Shown here: one piece after another, positions 26,801 through 37,626 of the stretch
How the letters are laid out: every line of letters begins with the position of its first letter
Position numbering within the stretch: position 1 is the stretch's first letter
Origin: Aplysia californica
Lineage: Eukaryota
Assembly (NCBI RefSeq): GCF_000002075.1
Contig: NW_004797283.1
Location: forward strand, 1,356,551 to 1,420,550
Direction of reading: 5' to 3'
Length of the DNA stretch: 64,000 nt
Notes under the pieces: model-generated
Told to the model about the DNA's origin: nothing
Databases searched by the model: none
What the model saw: the letters and a program-made list of their open reading frames with translations, nothing else
Program-made: the position numbers and the translations under genes

Positions 26801-28585
26801 GAAATAACTAAACTGAAATGCATCTGATAGAGACCCTTAAGTACACATTGTTCATGTTCATTTGCTCCAGACTGAGGGACGTAAGAAATAAACTTCTTCA
26901 CCAGCAACCAGAAAGAGACAAGACCCTACATTTATATATTACATCAAACGTACAAAACAGTCGAATATGTCTTGAGGAACACAGTTCTTATTTATCTTAA
27001 TTCTTAGGCAGGTGGTTCTCTTGAACTGTGTTTATAATATACAGTCATACCTGTATAAGACGGCCACGCATTGTCAAGGGGAAAAGTGGCTGTATAATAA
27101 GACAGGTGGCCGTCTTAGGAAGGAATGATCAAAATGAAGAAAACAAATTATTTAGGCTACTTCTGAGGTCCCAACTAGAGGTGGTTGCATGCTTAGGACT
27201 GCCCAAGGGTTGATTAAAATGTGTTGCTGTTATTGATTATGGTTCCAGGAAAGGACAAAACAAAACGAAATGTTTCAGACGAGGAAGGCCAAATGTCATA
27301 GTAAAACAAATAAATGGGTCGCCACTACTCAGCGAACGAGCGGGCACGTCTGTCGCGAATTTTTGTTGACTTCTTTTGCTATGGACTGGGTTGTGGGCGG
27401 GCTTTATAGGTTATGACGGGTCACACGCTTCCCTTAAAAGCAGCTGAAAATTTATTGTTACCCATTGGTCACTTGGGTAAACACTGGGAGTGATCTAAGC
27501 AACATGACCGTTTCATCCATTTGAGGGACTGACAACGACAGGTGAATGAATTATGACGGCTTGTCCGCAACGTCAGGGGAAAATGCATAATTTTTTACAG
27601 TCTGGCCGTCTTAGGCAGGTAGATTTGACCGTGGGTGGATAAAAAAGGGTGACCACGGCCGCGTTGGACAGGTGCCCGTTTTACACAGTTAAATTATATA
27701 GAAAAAGCACAAGGGGGGGAAATGGAAAGTGGCCGTTTGTACAGGTGGCCATCATGGCAGGTTCAACTGTATAGAAAACCCCCCCACAAAGATGGGAGAG
27801 TGAAGTGATGTTTGAGCAGGTTCATAGTATGTATAATAATTGTGAATTTCACAAATGACAGTTTACATTCTAATGAGATGCCATTTTCTAAAAAAATGTT
27901 TTGTTCCATCAGTAGTGACCCGTTTTCTATTCAACAAACACAATTTCCACGGTGCAAAATAGATATATCTAATTTTTCTTATTCAAGCTAACCAAATGAT
28001 CTGTCCATTGATAACAAAATCGTTAGTTATGGTTACAATTCCAGTCTTCATTCTTATTTATAAGTGAAAAGTAAAGTCCAACCTGTTCTAACAGCCACCT
28101 CTATAAGACAACCATCTGAGCAAACGGCCACTTCCCATAATCCCCTTTGCAGTTTTTTTAACATTATTTTGGCACTGTGTAATGCAGTCACCTGTCTAGG
28201 ATGACCATTTTACTCCTCGACAATGTGTAACCATCTTTGACAATTTCGACAGTATTTCAGTACTGACTCGGAGATAAACACATTGTTTTCAACCACTCTA
28301 CTGAGAAGACTTTTTCCATGCCTGCTTTCTGCACATAATAAACGTACCAAAGTTCTCTCCTTTCTGAAGCCTTTCTACAAAGTGTAGTGGATCAGCCAAA
28401 GCCTCATCTTGTGATCTGTACAAGGTTTCGATGTCTTGAGCAGTCTGTTTTCGTTGAGCTTCCAGAAGTGCAATAGTGTGGAGGAGGTGCCTGTAGTCAC
28501 TGTTCTCTTTCAAGGCGACATGGTCACTCTCGAAGTAGTATGGATCACTGATTTTCTCATACGAGAAGTCTTCCTTTTCCGCCAT
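10562..28585 (-). CDS. ZZZ3: ZZ-type zinc finger protein 3 (ATAC complex subunit, ATAC1-like); 9 coding exons, 434 aa
   Basis: Exons 28585-28348, 26732-26595, 26072-25889, 23894-23798, 22546-22451, 20317-20132, 19291-19163, 16683-16583, 10697-10562. All introns GT-AG with consistent phases; total 1305 nt. Motifs [33 protein letters not shown]...[26 protein letters not shown] (SANT), [19 protein letters not shown] (ZZ), [13 protein letters not shown]. Confidence 0.93.
11528..12411. repeat. Head-to-head minisatellite palindrome (10 forward + 8 reverse units, ~35-65 bp each, core GGTGGACCCCGGGGTC)
   Basis: Unit orientation flips at ~12045. Confidence 0.9.
12593..12777. other. Assembly gap (185 N) inside element copy 1
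   Basis: Run of N. Confidence 1.
14616..14815 (+). mobile_element. tRNA-derived SINE (relatives at ~6388-6460 and ~50478-51580)
   Basis: A-box TGGTGTAGCCG, B-box GAGTTTGATTCC; body shared with the other copies. Confidence 0.65.
14987..15393 (-). mobile_element. ~400-bp retroposon (SINE-like family X)
   Basis: Colinear with 25431-25836; (TA)n tail; ~12-bp TSD TGCCC(T/C)ATTCTA. Confidence 0.8.
15620..15956 (-). mobile_element. tRNA-derived CORE-like SINE (second copy ~59575-59850, - strand)
   Basis: TGGTCTAGTGG ... GGTTCAAATTCC, then GTTGTGTCCTTGGGAAAGGCACTT (CORE-like); L2-type tail ending in (TTA)n. Confidence 0.72.
16583..16683 (-). CDS. ZZZ3: ZZZ3 coding exon 8 (ZZ zinc finger)
   Basis: [33 protein letters not shown]; tttcag acceptor, GTATGT donor. 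Confidence 0.92.
17671..18366. mobile_element. piggyBac-like MITE
   Basis: TTAA|CCCTTAAAACCCT ... AGGGTTTTAAGGG|TTAA (13-bp perfect TIR); subterminal direct repeat CCTATACCGCTGGTAACCGCTG x2. Confidence 0.85.
19163..19291 (-). CDS. ZZZ3: ZZZ3 coding exon 7
   Basis: [43 protein letters not shown]; gctcag acceptor, GTATGT donor. Confidence 0.88.
20132..20317 (-). CDS. ZZZ3: ZZZ3 coding exon 6
   Basis: [31 protein letters not shown]...NDSS; cctcag acceptor, GTAAGT donor. Confidence 0.87.
20667..20888. repeat. (GA)n microsatellite spanning an assembly gap (N 20693-20858)
   Basis: GA repeats on both sides of the N run. Confidence 0.95.
21085..22385 (-). mobile_element. Degenerate 5'-truncated RTE-clade LINE (reverse transcriptase relic)
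   Basis: Fragments [55 protein letters not shown] and LAQDRGKWK; many frameshifts. Confidence 0.82.
21440..21662. mobile_element. 223-bp TTAA-target MITE nested in the RTE LINE
   Basis: TTAA|CTCTTTATCTCC ... GGAGATACAGAG|TTAA; removing it restores the LINE reading frame. Confidence 0.82.
22451..22546 (-). CDS. ZZZ3: ZZZ3 coding exon 5
   Basis: [32 protein letters not shown]; cccaag acceptor, GTAACA donor. Confidence 0.9.
23798..23894 (-). CDS. ZZZ3: ZZZ3 coding exon 4 (SANT/Myb)
   Basis: [32 protein letters not shown]; ccttag acceptor, GTGAAA donor. Confidence 0.9.
25030..25416 (-). mobile_element. Near full-length tRNA-headed SINE (family Y); 3' parts recur at ~452-635(+), ~4280-4475(+), ~23155-23335(-), ~58548-58725(+), ~59915-60110(+)
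   Basis: A-box TGGTCTAGAGG and B-box GGTTTGAATCC on the - strand; body TGTGGTTTGCTTCTTCTTTCC; tail ATGACCTTA...GCCGTAAAAC plus A-rich end. Confidence 0.78.
25431..25836 (-). mobile_element. ~400-bp retroposon (SINE-like family X)
   Basis: A-rich tail; perfect 12-bp TSD TGAGAAATATGT (25419-25430, 25837-25848). Confidence 0.82.
25889..26072 (-). CDS. ZZZ3: ZZZ3 coding exon 3
   Basis: VDQVQSLK...AAAAAA...[25 protein letters not shown]; ctgcag acceptor, GTATGA donor. Confidence 0.88.
26595..26732 (-). CDS. ZZZ3: ZZZ3 coding exon 2
   Basis: [20 protein letters not shown]...LESGS; tttcag acceptor, GTATGT donor. Confidence 0.88.
27042..27769. mobile_element. TA-target Tc1/pogo-like MITE (family A)
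   Basis: TA|CAGTCATACCTG ... CAGGTTCAACTG|TA; repeated GTGGCCGTCTTAGGCAGG; colinear with 40171-40977. Confidence 0.85.
28348..28585 (-). CDS. ZZZ3: ZZZ3 coding exon 1 (ATG preceded by in-frame TAA; acceptor at 28607-28608, so a 5'UTR exon lies upstream)
   Basis: [45 protein letters not shown]...QKGENF; donor GTACGT. Confidence 0.9.
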
Positions 28586-29981
28586 TTAAAAAATGTACTG
28601 TGTATTCTGAAATGAACAACACAACTAAAACTTAAGTCCAGACACAATGAAGAAATGCTATTGCAGTGAAGCCCCGAATGATACAAATTTATATAATACT
28701 AACAATCTTATAATCATATTATAATATAGACTTAAGTGCTGATAGACTTGCCATATCTAGCCTTTTAAGTATATGTATTATTATTCATGTATTATAAAAA
28801 TATAACATTTTAACACTCCAAAGTTCAAGTAGTAAGCATTACGTTGGCTAGCTGTTAAAATGTAGGCCTACAACTCTCAAAATGTTTAATTTCTTTTTAT
28901 TGCAATTTCTTAATTTGAGGTATATCAGTAACATGTTCTCAAGAAATACTTTGTCAAAATTCAAATTGCACATATTGAAAAATGAAAAAAATAGCAAGAA
29001 TACATGATAATGTATGTAAAATTCTTAAAAGAATGAAATACTTTTTCTCTCTCCTGCAAAATATTGCTTTTTGAGCTTAGTACATTTTCACAATTGCTGA
29101 CAATTAGCTTCGTTACTGAGCAAGCCAACTATCTGATTTCCTTTTCTGCACCAAGGCGGCATCAAACCCTCTATTGACATTTCAGCAAATATTTTTTATT
29201 GCCATAACTGTCACAGACATTCCTTGTGTGGAACTTGGAGACAGCCAGAGATTTATATATATATAACACTAACACTGTTCAAGTTTGCTAATAATCAAGA
29301 GCAAACCGCACTTCAAGTTTCGTCAAATCTCCATTTGATATAAATCCTTGGAATGCCCAAGGTATGAAAGTAGCTCCCAAAACTTTTTCGGAGGCCATTA
29401 TAAGTTGTAAACATTGTAGACAATCAATAATTAGGTGGTTTCAGTTCTTCAACACTTTATGTGTAAAATTTAGCCCTGTTTCCAAATTTGGAACTCTGGG
29501 CACTGACCAGCTTTTGGCTGGTTCCAAATTTGGAACTCTGGGAAACAATCTTCTTATGACCAATTTTAGCAAAATATCATAAATAAATAGAGAGTTAGGA
29601 CCGTCATGAGTGTAAACACCAACACTTTTGATCATCCATCCTCTCCCTCAGTCTTTGCTCTAAATGTATCCTGCGCCTGGTTGTCAACATCAACCTGTCT
29701 GGATACCTGCTGTTGCAATTTACGTATCAATCATCTTTAAAATACCACAGCAAAATGAAGCAATCCATCGACCTAAACAAAAAGCAATTGTAAACGCCAC
29801 TTCCTTTTGATCTAAATGCACCTGGTCCCTGCTGTTCTCACTGCCTTCTTACAGCACAGGCAGACCATGGCCAATCAGGTGGAACTTACTGCAGACCACC
29901 TAGAATGCAGTGGGTCTAAACACTGGTCAGTCAAGCAGGATTTACCGTTGAACACCTTGTCGGGGTTGCTACAAAGAGGAA

Positions 29982-30155
29982 TTCCATAACGAGCAACCAC
30001 TATGAAATAGAGTATAGAATTAAAATAGAGGTTTTCGGGTTAAGGTTAATGCTAGGGTTAGAGTGTTACTGTTAGGGTTTGGGTTAGGGTAAGGGTTGGG
30101 CTTAGAAAGGTCTTTTCTTTATTGTGTTTGTCGGAGGTGGTTGCTCATTACGGAA
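29982..30155. repeat. Small inverted-repeat element containing degenerate TTAGGG-like repeats
   Basis: TTCCATAACGAGCAACCAC ... GTGGTTGCTCATTACGGAA; internal GTTAGGGTTTGGGTTAGGGTAAGGG. Confidence 0.6.
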
Positions 30156-30427
30156 GTCTATATTCTTTGCTACCATCAAGAGGACATGCACTGTTTTGAC
30201 TTGTCTCAGATACAATTCAAACATGATAAAACTTGCAAAACAAAATTATTGCAGGGTAACTGAATCAGAAGTGTTCAACAATAACTTTAAGCTAGTTTTT
30301 ACATTTTTGAACATTTTGATCGGAAATGAAAAGAAGACAGAAGGCGTAGTCTTGTCTAAAGTAATTATAAATAAAATAAGTAGTAGTGAGTATATAACAG
30401 TATATAATATATATATATATATTATGT

Positions 30428-30862
30428 GCGAGTGAGGCAGCGTAGTGAAAACAGGTGCTCGTCAAAATAATCAAAGTGAAGAAACTGGCATTTTTCCGAA
30501 GGTTTGTGAATTTTTATCGAATTCTTGTTTTTTAGCCCCCAATACCTTTCATGCCCATTAAAGAACACATATTTCTGTGTGGATTTTACTGAAAAAAAGT
30601 AAATTTTCAATTTCCCCGGACTCTCAAGCTGAGGAAATACTAATCTTTGGCAGCCATTTTCTCACTACACTAATTTTACCTCTGAAACTAGGCGACTCCC
30701 ACCTCCTCCATTTGCAAATGCCTCTATCTTGACCTATATATTCAGAACAGATCATGGATTATTTTGTCATCCAAAGCAAGACCAATGAACATGGTTTAAG
30801 ATGATAAATCTACATGTGCCCAAAAATTGACGAGAGCCTGATTCCACCACATCGTCACACAT
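30428..30862. mobile_element. Degenerate TIR element; inverted relative at ~52597-52965
   Basis: Shared ends TGAGGCAGC(G/A)T(A/G)GTGAAA and GCCCAAAAATTGACGA..GCCTGATTCCACCA between the two loci. Confidence 0.6.
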
Positions 30863-31164
30863 GGAAATAGGAAGAGGTCGAAGTATAGCCTACCCGGAAG
30901 AACAGCACTAGTCTAGTCTAATTTGTTAAGTTCTTCCATCATACCATATTTATAAATGGAATTTGTCAAAAGTTGGAACACTGAATGTTTTCACCCATTG
31001 TGGATGCGGCTGAGCCCGGAAAGTAATCTTTTTATTAAATTATTTTTTTTAGGACTTTGGCTTACTTTCTGCAGACAAACTACCCTCTTGGCAATATAAA
31101 TTAGAGTCATATCAAAGCCTCCTAACTCCGAATCCACGTTTAGTTTTAGTAATATTAATTTAAA

Positions 31165-32190
31165 AAATAATGGATTGCATTTATATAGCGCATATCCACT
31201 TATGCAATGCTCTATGCGCTTAACATGATAAATATTGTGGATTTACAAATCAATTTTAAAGGTACATAGTGTTACATACTCGTGCAAACACATATTCACT
31301 CACGCACGCACCACACACACATACATACACACATACGTGTACATATTATGCACATACGCACATACAAACTCACAACGATCTACAGCTTGGATGGATTCTG
31401 TCTAATCGAAATATGATGAAAATAGAAATGCTTTTAGTTTCTTCTTAAAAATTTCTAGATTTTCTGCTTCTCTGATAGTTTTTGGAAGCCTATTCCAAAC
31501 AAGTAGGGCAAAATATGAAAAAGAGCGTTGGCCATACGATTTGTAATTTATTTTAGGCTTAACAAGGGTTGTTTTGTCACTTGATGATCTGAGCGTTCTA
31601 GGAGGCACATAGGGTGTTAAAAGCTGTTTTAGATAGTCCGGTGATAAATCATTTAAGCACTTTTAGCAAGTTAAACAGATTTTATATATGATACACTCTT
31701 TCACTAGGAGCCAGTGTAATGCATTTAAAATAGGAGTCACATGATCATGCTTTAGTTTAGTGATTATTTTGGCAGCTCAATATTTTGTAGTCTTTGTAGT
31801 TGTTGTAAAATTTCTAGATTTTCTGCTTCTCTGATAGTTTTTGGAAGCCTATTCCAAACAAGTGGGGCAAAATATGAAAAAGAGCGTTGGCCATATGATT
31901 TGTAATTTATTTTTTTAACAAGGGTTGTTTTGTCACTTGATGATCTGAGCGTTCTAGGCTAGGAGGCACAAAGGGTGTTTAAAAGTTCATCAGGTACACC
32001 AGCCAGTAAAGAATTGCAATAATCAATCCTTGACAATATTATAAGTGATGTTATTAAAATTTTGGTGACACCAACAGACAGATATTTTCTAATGCTCCCT
32101 ATTTTCTTCAGCTGGAGATATAGATTTTTACAAAGATTGGATACATATGGTATTTCATTGACATATCTTGATCTAGCACCACACCTAGTA
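31165..32190 (-). mobile_element. L2/CR1-group LINE 3' relic with internal duplication
   Basis: ORF2 C-terminus PYVPPRTLRSS...YGQRSFSY...WNRLP..IR...FKKKLKAFLF*; SRIDYCNSLLAG-like fragment near 32000-32035; tail AAGCGCATAGAG...GCGCTATATAAAT. Confidence 0.85.
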
Positions 32191-33490
32191 CAAGTAGGCC
32201 AAGAAAAGATCCTTGATCTGATCTAGATATTTAGATCATTAGACCGGAAACATGCTTGTTTGTCGCAGGCCTCGACTCTAGGCTAGATGTGGCCCACGGA
32301 AAAATGTCACAGGCCTTGACTGTGCCCTGCATTATGGATCCGAAGTTATCACTGACACTCTCAAAAAGAGTAAATTAATGATTGCTTGATTGTATGAATT
32401 GAATTATATTTTTCAATTGTTTTTAACGAAGGAACATTTATTGTTGAAATTTTACCACCAAGTAATTTAAATTTGTTTTGATTTGCATACAAAAAGGTAG
32501 AAATATTGAAGAACACTACAAGCTGAATTGACATTTTACAGAAGAACTAGAGAAATCTACCTCTCTATACCACCACCAATTTGAAGGTGGAGAATAAAAA
32601 ACAGTATTTTTTTTACTAATACACCCGTCTCATGTACACGTTTGATATACTTTTATTCCAGTAGTATTTTACAGGCTGAACACGAAGGTCTTCATTTTTG
32701 CCGCAAATCAATAGATCTATTATAATCTAGATCTAGATTCTACTATAATTCTAGATCTATATCTAGATCTAGTTTTATTGATGTTTGAAAATAGTAAATT
32801 TAACTCTATAAATGGGGGGTTTCAGGGGGGCACCTAAAAAGAATCTGGGGGGTTTCAGGGGGGCCCCCTGAATTTCACAATGATTTGATGTTTTGGCAAT
32901 TAGGATTGATATTTACTTGAAAACAATTGATTTGCAAGGGTTTTAGTGGCCATGCGTGTGTGTTCTACGGCAAAAATTGTGGTAGTTTATGCATCTATGT
33001 GTGGGTGCAAAAGAAAAAATGTACCTAAAAACGTAAGTTACAGTTACAACTACAGTGTTAAAGTGCTGTGGGTAGTCCGTGCTGTGATTACGACTGTCAT
33101 CAATTTGATACTCTCGTACGAAATTGTGACAAACTGGACTGGGCGTGTGACATGGCAAACAGTAACAGGGCCTGTCAATTATGTCAATAAACCAGTCGCT
33201 GAAATAGAAAAATTGCAAAGTATTTTAGCCTTGTGTGTTAGCCATTTAAAACAATGTGGCTTGTTCATAACTTACCTTGAAACTAATTGGGAACAGCGAT
33301 TGACGAAGTCCTCTCTTCACCTTCTCATTGTGGGGCGCAAGGCCAGATTCGGCTAGTCGGCTTGAAAGGAAACCGAAAGTAGCACCAGTCTTTGCCTCCT
33401 AGCCTAGCCTAGGGCCTAGCCAAGTCAGTGTTGCCAGCCGGGGCCTTTTAAAAATTGGGATTCTGTCTCGTGGATAAATTAGCAAGGAAT

Positions 33491-33524
33491 CACAGAATTC
33501 TACACTTAAGTGTAGAATTCTGTG
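33491..33524. repeat. Perfect 34-bp palindrome with 8-bp TSD (probable P-element excision footprint)
   Basis: CAAGGAAT|CACAGAATTCTACACTT AAGTGTAGAATTCTGTG|CAAGGAAT. Confidence 0.75.
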
Positions 33525-35552
33525 CAAGGAATTAATCTCTCGCCGTCATTCCACTTGCGATGCAGGTAGTGATTAGCCTACATGTAGCCTAGTCTATAGG
33601 CTAGTATTATTATATTATTATTATTGAGTCTAAAAACTTATCGACCTGATTTACAAAGAGCTGAAAAGCATAAAACAACATTATAAACATAATTATCAGT
33701 CTAAGTGCAGACAAAGATAAACAAAGTCATATATATATATAAGTCAACAAAGTGTCAGCAAAGATAGTACATCCTACGATCGTAGCCTAGGGTGTAGTAT
33801 CTTTGGTGTCAGTCTCGTGACTAGACATAGATATCTGTACTCTAGGCTAGGCCTATTGCAAGGAGGTGAGAAAGCCTAGCCCTTGGCCCATTGTCATTGA
33901 CCATTAGACAACAACAAAGGCAAAGGTGTTTACCTATATGACCCTCAATTTGCCCAGTTGTATTTGCTCAGTAGGGTAGGTCTAGGCCTAGGCAACTCAA
34001 GCTGCATTTCGTGATGTAGGCCTGCCCTAGGCTAGTCCAAAAAGTGAAGAAGGTGAATGGGAAAGCCCAAAGCCGATTATCTGTAGATCTAGATCTACCG
34101 TCTACCGAACAAAAATAGGCCTAGCGCTCTACTCACCCCCGCACTGTTCGCACCGATTATACACACACATAACCCCCCCCCCCTCCTAATGTTTCATGAA
34201 TTATCATATGAAATAAAAAGACAACAGAAACACTGCCAACTCTGGGCCAAAAGCATTGTCTCTAAATTGTAAAGGAAACCAAGTTCTCCTGAAAAGAAAG
34301 CTGAATTAAAGGAAATACGAAGAGACATCATTATGCGTCATCCTTGCTGCATTTTGAACTTGGAAGTCGTGCTTTGCTTAGAGATCTATCACCCCGCCTC
34401 TTCGTCTGCCCTCTTGTCTCGACTGAAGAGTCTGTGGACTCGGTGGACTGTGGGCTCCCCTCCCGCGTTTCGTTGAAATCGGCCAGGCAAGAATAGGCTA
34501 GGCCTAAGCTACTCATTCATTTCGTCATCAAAAGAAAGGCTTTGATTATTGCATTCTTAAAAGGGATGAAGGCAATAATAAAAATGCATTGTCGGTGCGT
34601 ATGGTGGTGGGGGTCGGAGTGGGCTATTCTTTTTCGCTTAGTCTGCGTTCGCCTTCGCGAGTGATGTAGGCCTATGCTTTGAATTCAAATCCTCGGCAGG
34701 GCTTTGGCCATTGTGTGACTACTTATCTGTTTGTGCATACACGCATGTGTGTGCGATAGTGTGTAAGTGTATGGTGTGTTCAACACTAAGTAAACATTTC
34801 GTGGGGTCCTGGCCTACATAATAAGCGTTCGCCCGCACATTTTGTTTCTTTGTGCAATTCTAAAAATAGTAGTGGGCCTCGCAGCAGCCCAGGTACACGC
34901 TGACTGACACACTCTTGCACGCACCGGGAGCGCCACCTCGCGCCGACGCACTTGCAAACGGATATGGTGGACGTGGTGGTGACGGATTCAGCGTACAATT
35001 TATTTTTGATGATATAAAGACACAATTATCGTTTGTGGTGCTGCTGATATCGGGTAAGTTTTTATCGTATCATCGCTTCTATTGTACAAAACATGCTCCC
35101 GTAACAGCCCTTGTGATTTAAATGGGATGAATGTCTGATTTAGAGAAATCGCTGTGCACCTTTTTCTTCCTTCCTTCTCTTCCTCTTTGCCTGCATGCCT
35201 GTTCGCTAGCTTGCTGCTCCGTCGGCCGTTCGGGGCGACGGCGGGGCGATGAACTCGTAGCCATTTCATTGAAAGTAATCGGAAGGACGTAGTCCATCGT
35301 TTAATTGGGCAACGTTTATCTGAAGGGAATTTTTATTGTTGCATTACTGTTTCCCTTGGTATGGGAGAGATATCGGGATTGGAAGCATGTAATAGTTGTT
35401 CTGTGACCGTTCTGTGACCTGTTTTTTCTTGAAGTTGAAGCACCCTTTTCAAAACGTATCGATATTAAATATATTGGCACAAATAGATCTTCTATGTTCG
35501 ATTTCTCCTCATCTCGGAAAGATAAAATTAAGTTGGCATTACTGGTTATAAT

Positions 35553-35682
35553 TATAGATCTAGAAATAGATTCTAGATCTAGATCTAAATCTAGTAGATT
35601 CTAGATCTAGATATAGATGTTATATATAGATCTAGATCTAGATCTATATAGATTTAAATCTAGATCTTTTCTAGATTCTAGG
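35553..35682. repeat. Degenerate self-complementary (TAGATC)n microsatellite
   Basis: Repeated TCTAGATCTAGA; similar tracts at ~32710-32772, ~38203-38233 and ~38440-38457. Confidence 0.85.
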
Positions 35683-36271
35683 CTAAGTGATAATTGTAAG
35701 CAGAGTCAAAGAAACTGTTGAAGTTACTTTGAACTTTGGTTAAGATAAAAGATTTCTTGCTTTTTGTCGTTCTAAAAAAGTAATCTGCCTGTTTCAAGAC
35801 TGTTAGAAAAGTCTGACTAGGCCCCCCAGAATAGGCTAGAACTAATCTAGACTAGATCTAGACGAGTGTCTTGACTACCTCTACTGTCTAGCGTAGAGTC
35901 TAGAGATATGTAAGGCTAACTAGTAGGCCTGCTAGATCTAGAATCTAGTAGCCTCAGAGTAGTCGGAGAAGACCCTTTGGTATTCTTTTACTTTCGCTCA
36001 TGTCGCACACTTATACCAGTTGTTCATTTTCTACAGAATCTAGATCTAGATTTAGATTAGAAATCTAGATTCTAGGTCTAAATATCGATGCACTGAACAC
36101 GAATATCAACTTCATTTCCGTCACAAATTAATAGTCTTTGAAATATCTGATTGTTCTTTAAAATCGAGCTACATCACACTATGCTTAACCGCATAGTAAT
36201 TTGCGTGCTTTGGACTAGTCGTTGGGGGGGGGGTCGGGGGCCTGCTCCCCTGTGGCCTGTGGTAAAAGAAA

Positions 36272-37626
36272 GGGAGTGTATACAGACCCGGTAACCGGGA
36301 ACAAAATCACAAAGTTTACAGACCCGGTAGGGGAGCTCTTTTGTGATTTCGGAAAGTTTCAGTGCCCACTTGGCTCAGGGCAGACCACAGAAAATAATTC
36401 TACACTTACTGTAGAATTCTATGGGGTAGAGCTAGGTCCTTCTAGATCTAGACAGACAGACATAAATCATTGATCTGGTTTCGAGGCTGGCCTAGATCTA
36501 GATCTAAATGAAGATTGCGGATGTCTTTTCGATGACATGAACGATCGTTTTTTCCTCCGTTTTGGAGTTGGGGGAATCACAATTTGAAGAAAAGAATAGT
36601 ACAGTAGTCTCCGCCTAAGAAGATCCCACCGCTTATGATCCCGGTTCGCTTAAGATCCCGTTGTTTTAGGAAAACAGAACTTTTACTATACAAAAGTCAC
36701 CCCTAAGATCCCGCTCTGATGGTCGACATTCGGCTAAGATCCCGCATTTCAGATCATAATTTGTTAAACAAAAACGCCGTCGGGCACGGCCGATCAACCA
36801 AGAGTGAAAAGTTGAGATCATTAAACTGTCCGTCGGGTCAAAGATAAGCCAGTATCGTGAATGTGATCACATACACGTTGTAAAACTCGATGAAGCGATA
36901 CATTCAATGTTTGCCCCCGACGGGATCACACCGGGGTGTGAACTGACCGACGCGTTTGTTTTCCCCGAACATCGCACTCACACCCGAGCTCTCCTCCTAA
37001 ACTTGCATCACTCGTTGGGTGCGTAGGGCCTACACGTTCGTTCCAGGCGGGATCACATCGAACCGTGAACTCTTCCTTGACCATTGCAGCAGTTGTCTCT
37101 ACTCCCGAATTTGCGAGATGGACTGAATTTTAATTGGTGTGTTCACAACGTAATGGTGTGTAACGACAAAGGCGGTTTTGTGGGGGGACTTGGTCAGAGA
37201 TGGAAAGCTATACATTTTCGACAGGTAAAGGGGAGGGGCAACTGGATAAGCCTAGATCTTGAGCCTCATGATAGGATAATAAGTGAAAATGGCACGCCTC
37301 ATCGCACTATGCACTGTGATAGGTCATCAAGGTTAACCACTCTTTGCTCACCATATGTCATAAACCCACCAAGCGGGCACGTCAGTTCATTGTAAAGTGG
37401 AGGGAGAACATTTTACCGATTGTGAGCCTTAACATGGGTCACCATAGATTCTTCCCTGGGTCCGTCGCTCTCTCTCTCTCTCTTTCTCTCTTTCTCTCTC
37501 TCACACACACACACATGCACTACCAGGTCTGGGCGCTGAAACTTTCCGAAATCACAAAAGAGTTCCCCTACCGGATCTGTATACTTTGTGACTTTGTTCC
37601 CGGTTACCGGGTCTGTATACACTTCG
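36272..37626. mobile_element. Mutator-like non-autonomous element with ~97-bp TIRs
   Basis: 36272-36368 is the near reverse complement of 37530-37626; perfect 9-bp TSD TAAAAGAAA (36263-36271, 37627-37635). Confidence 0.85.

Noticed and set aside
10562-28585. ZZZ3 is much shorter than vertebrate ZZZ3 (possible truncation or pseudogene)
   Set aside because: ORF and splice phases are intact and an in-frame stop precedes the ATG; compact invertebrate orthologs (Drosophila ATAC1) are known.
30050-30105. True telomere or chromosome-fusion relic
   Set aside because: Only a few degenerate units, enclosed in a small inverted-repeat element.
34786-35269. Short ORFs in the CpG-rich intergenic zone (and most 60-140 aa ORFs in the track)
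   Set aside because: No recognisable homology or consistent splice phase; many use non-ATG starts or translate repeats.
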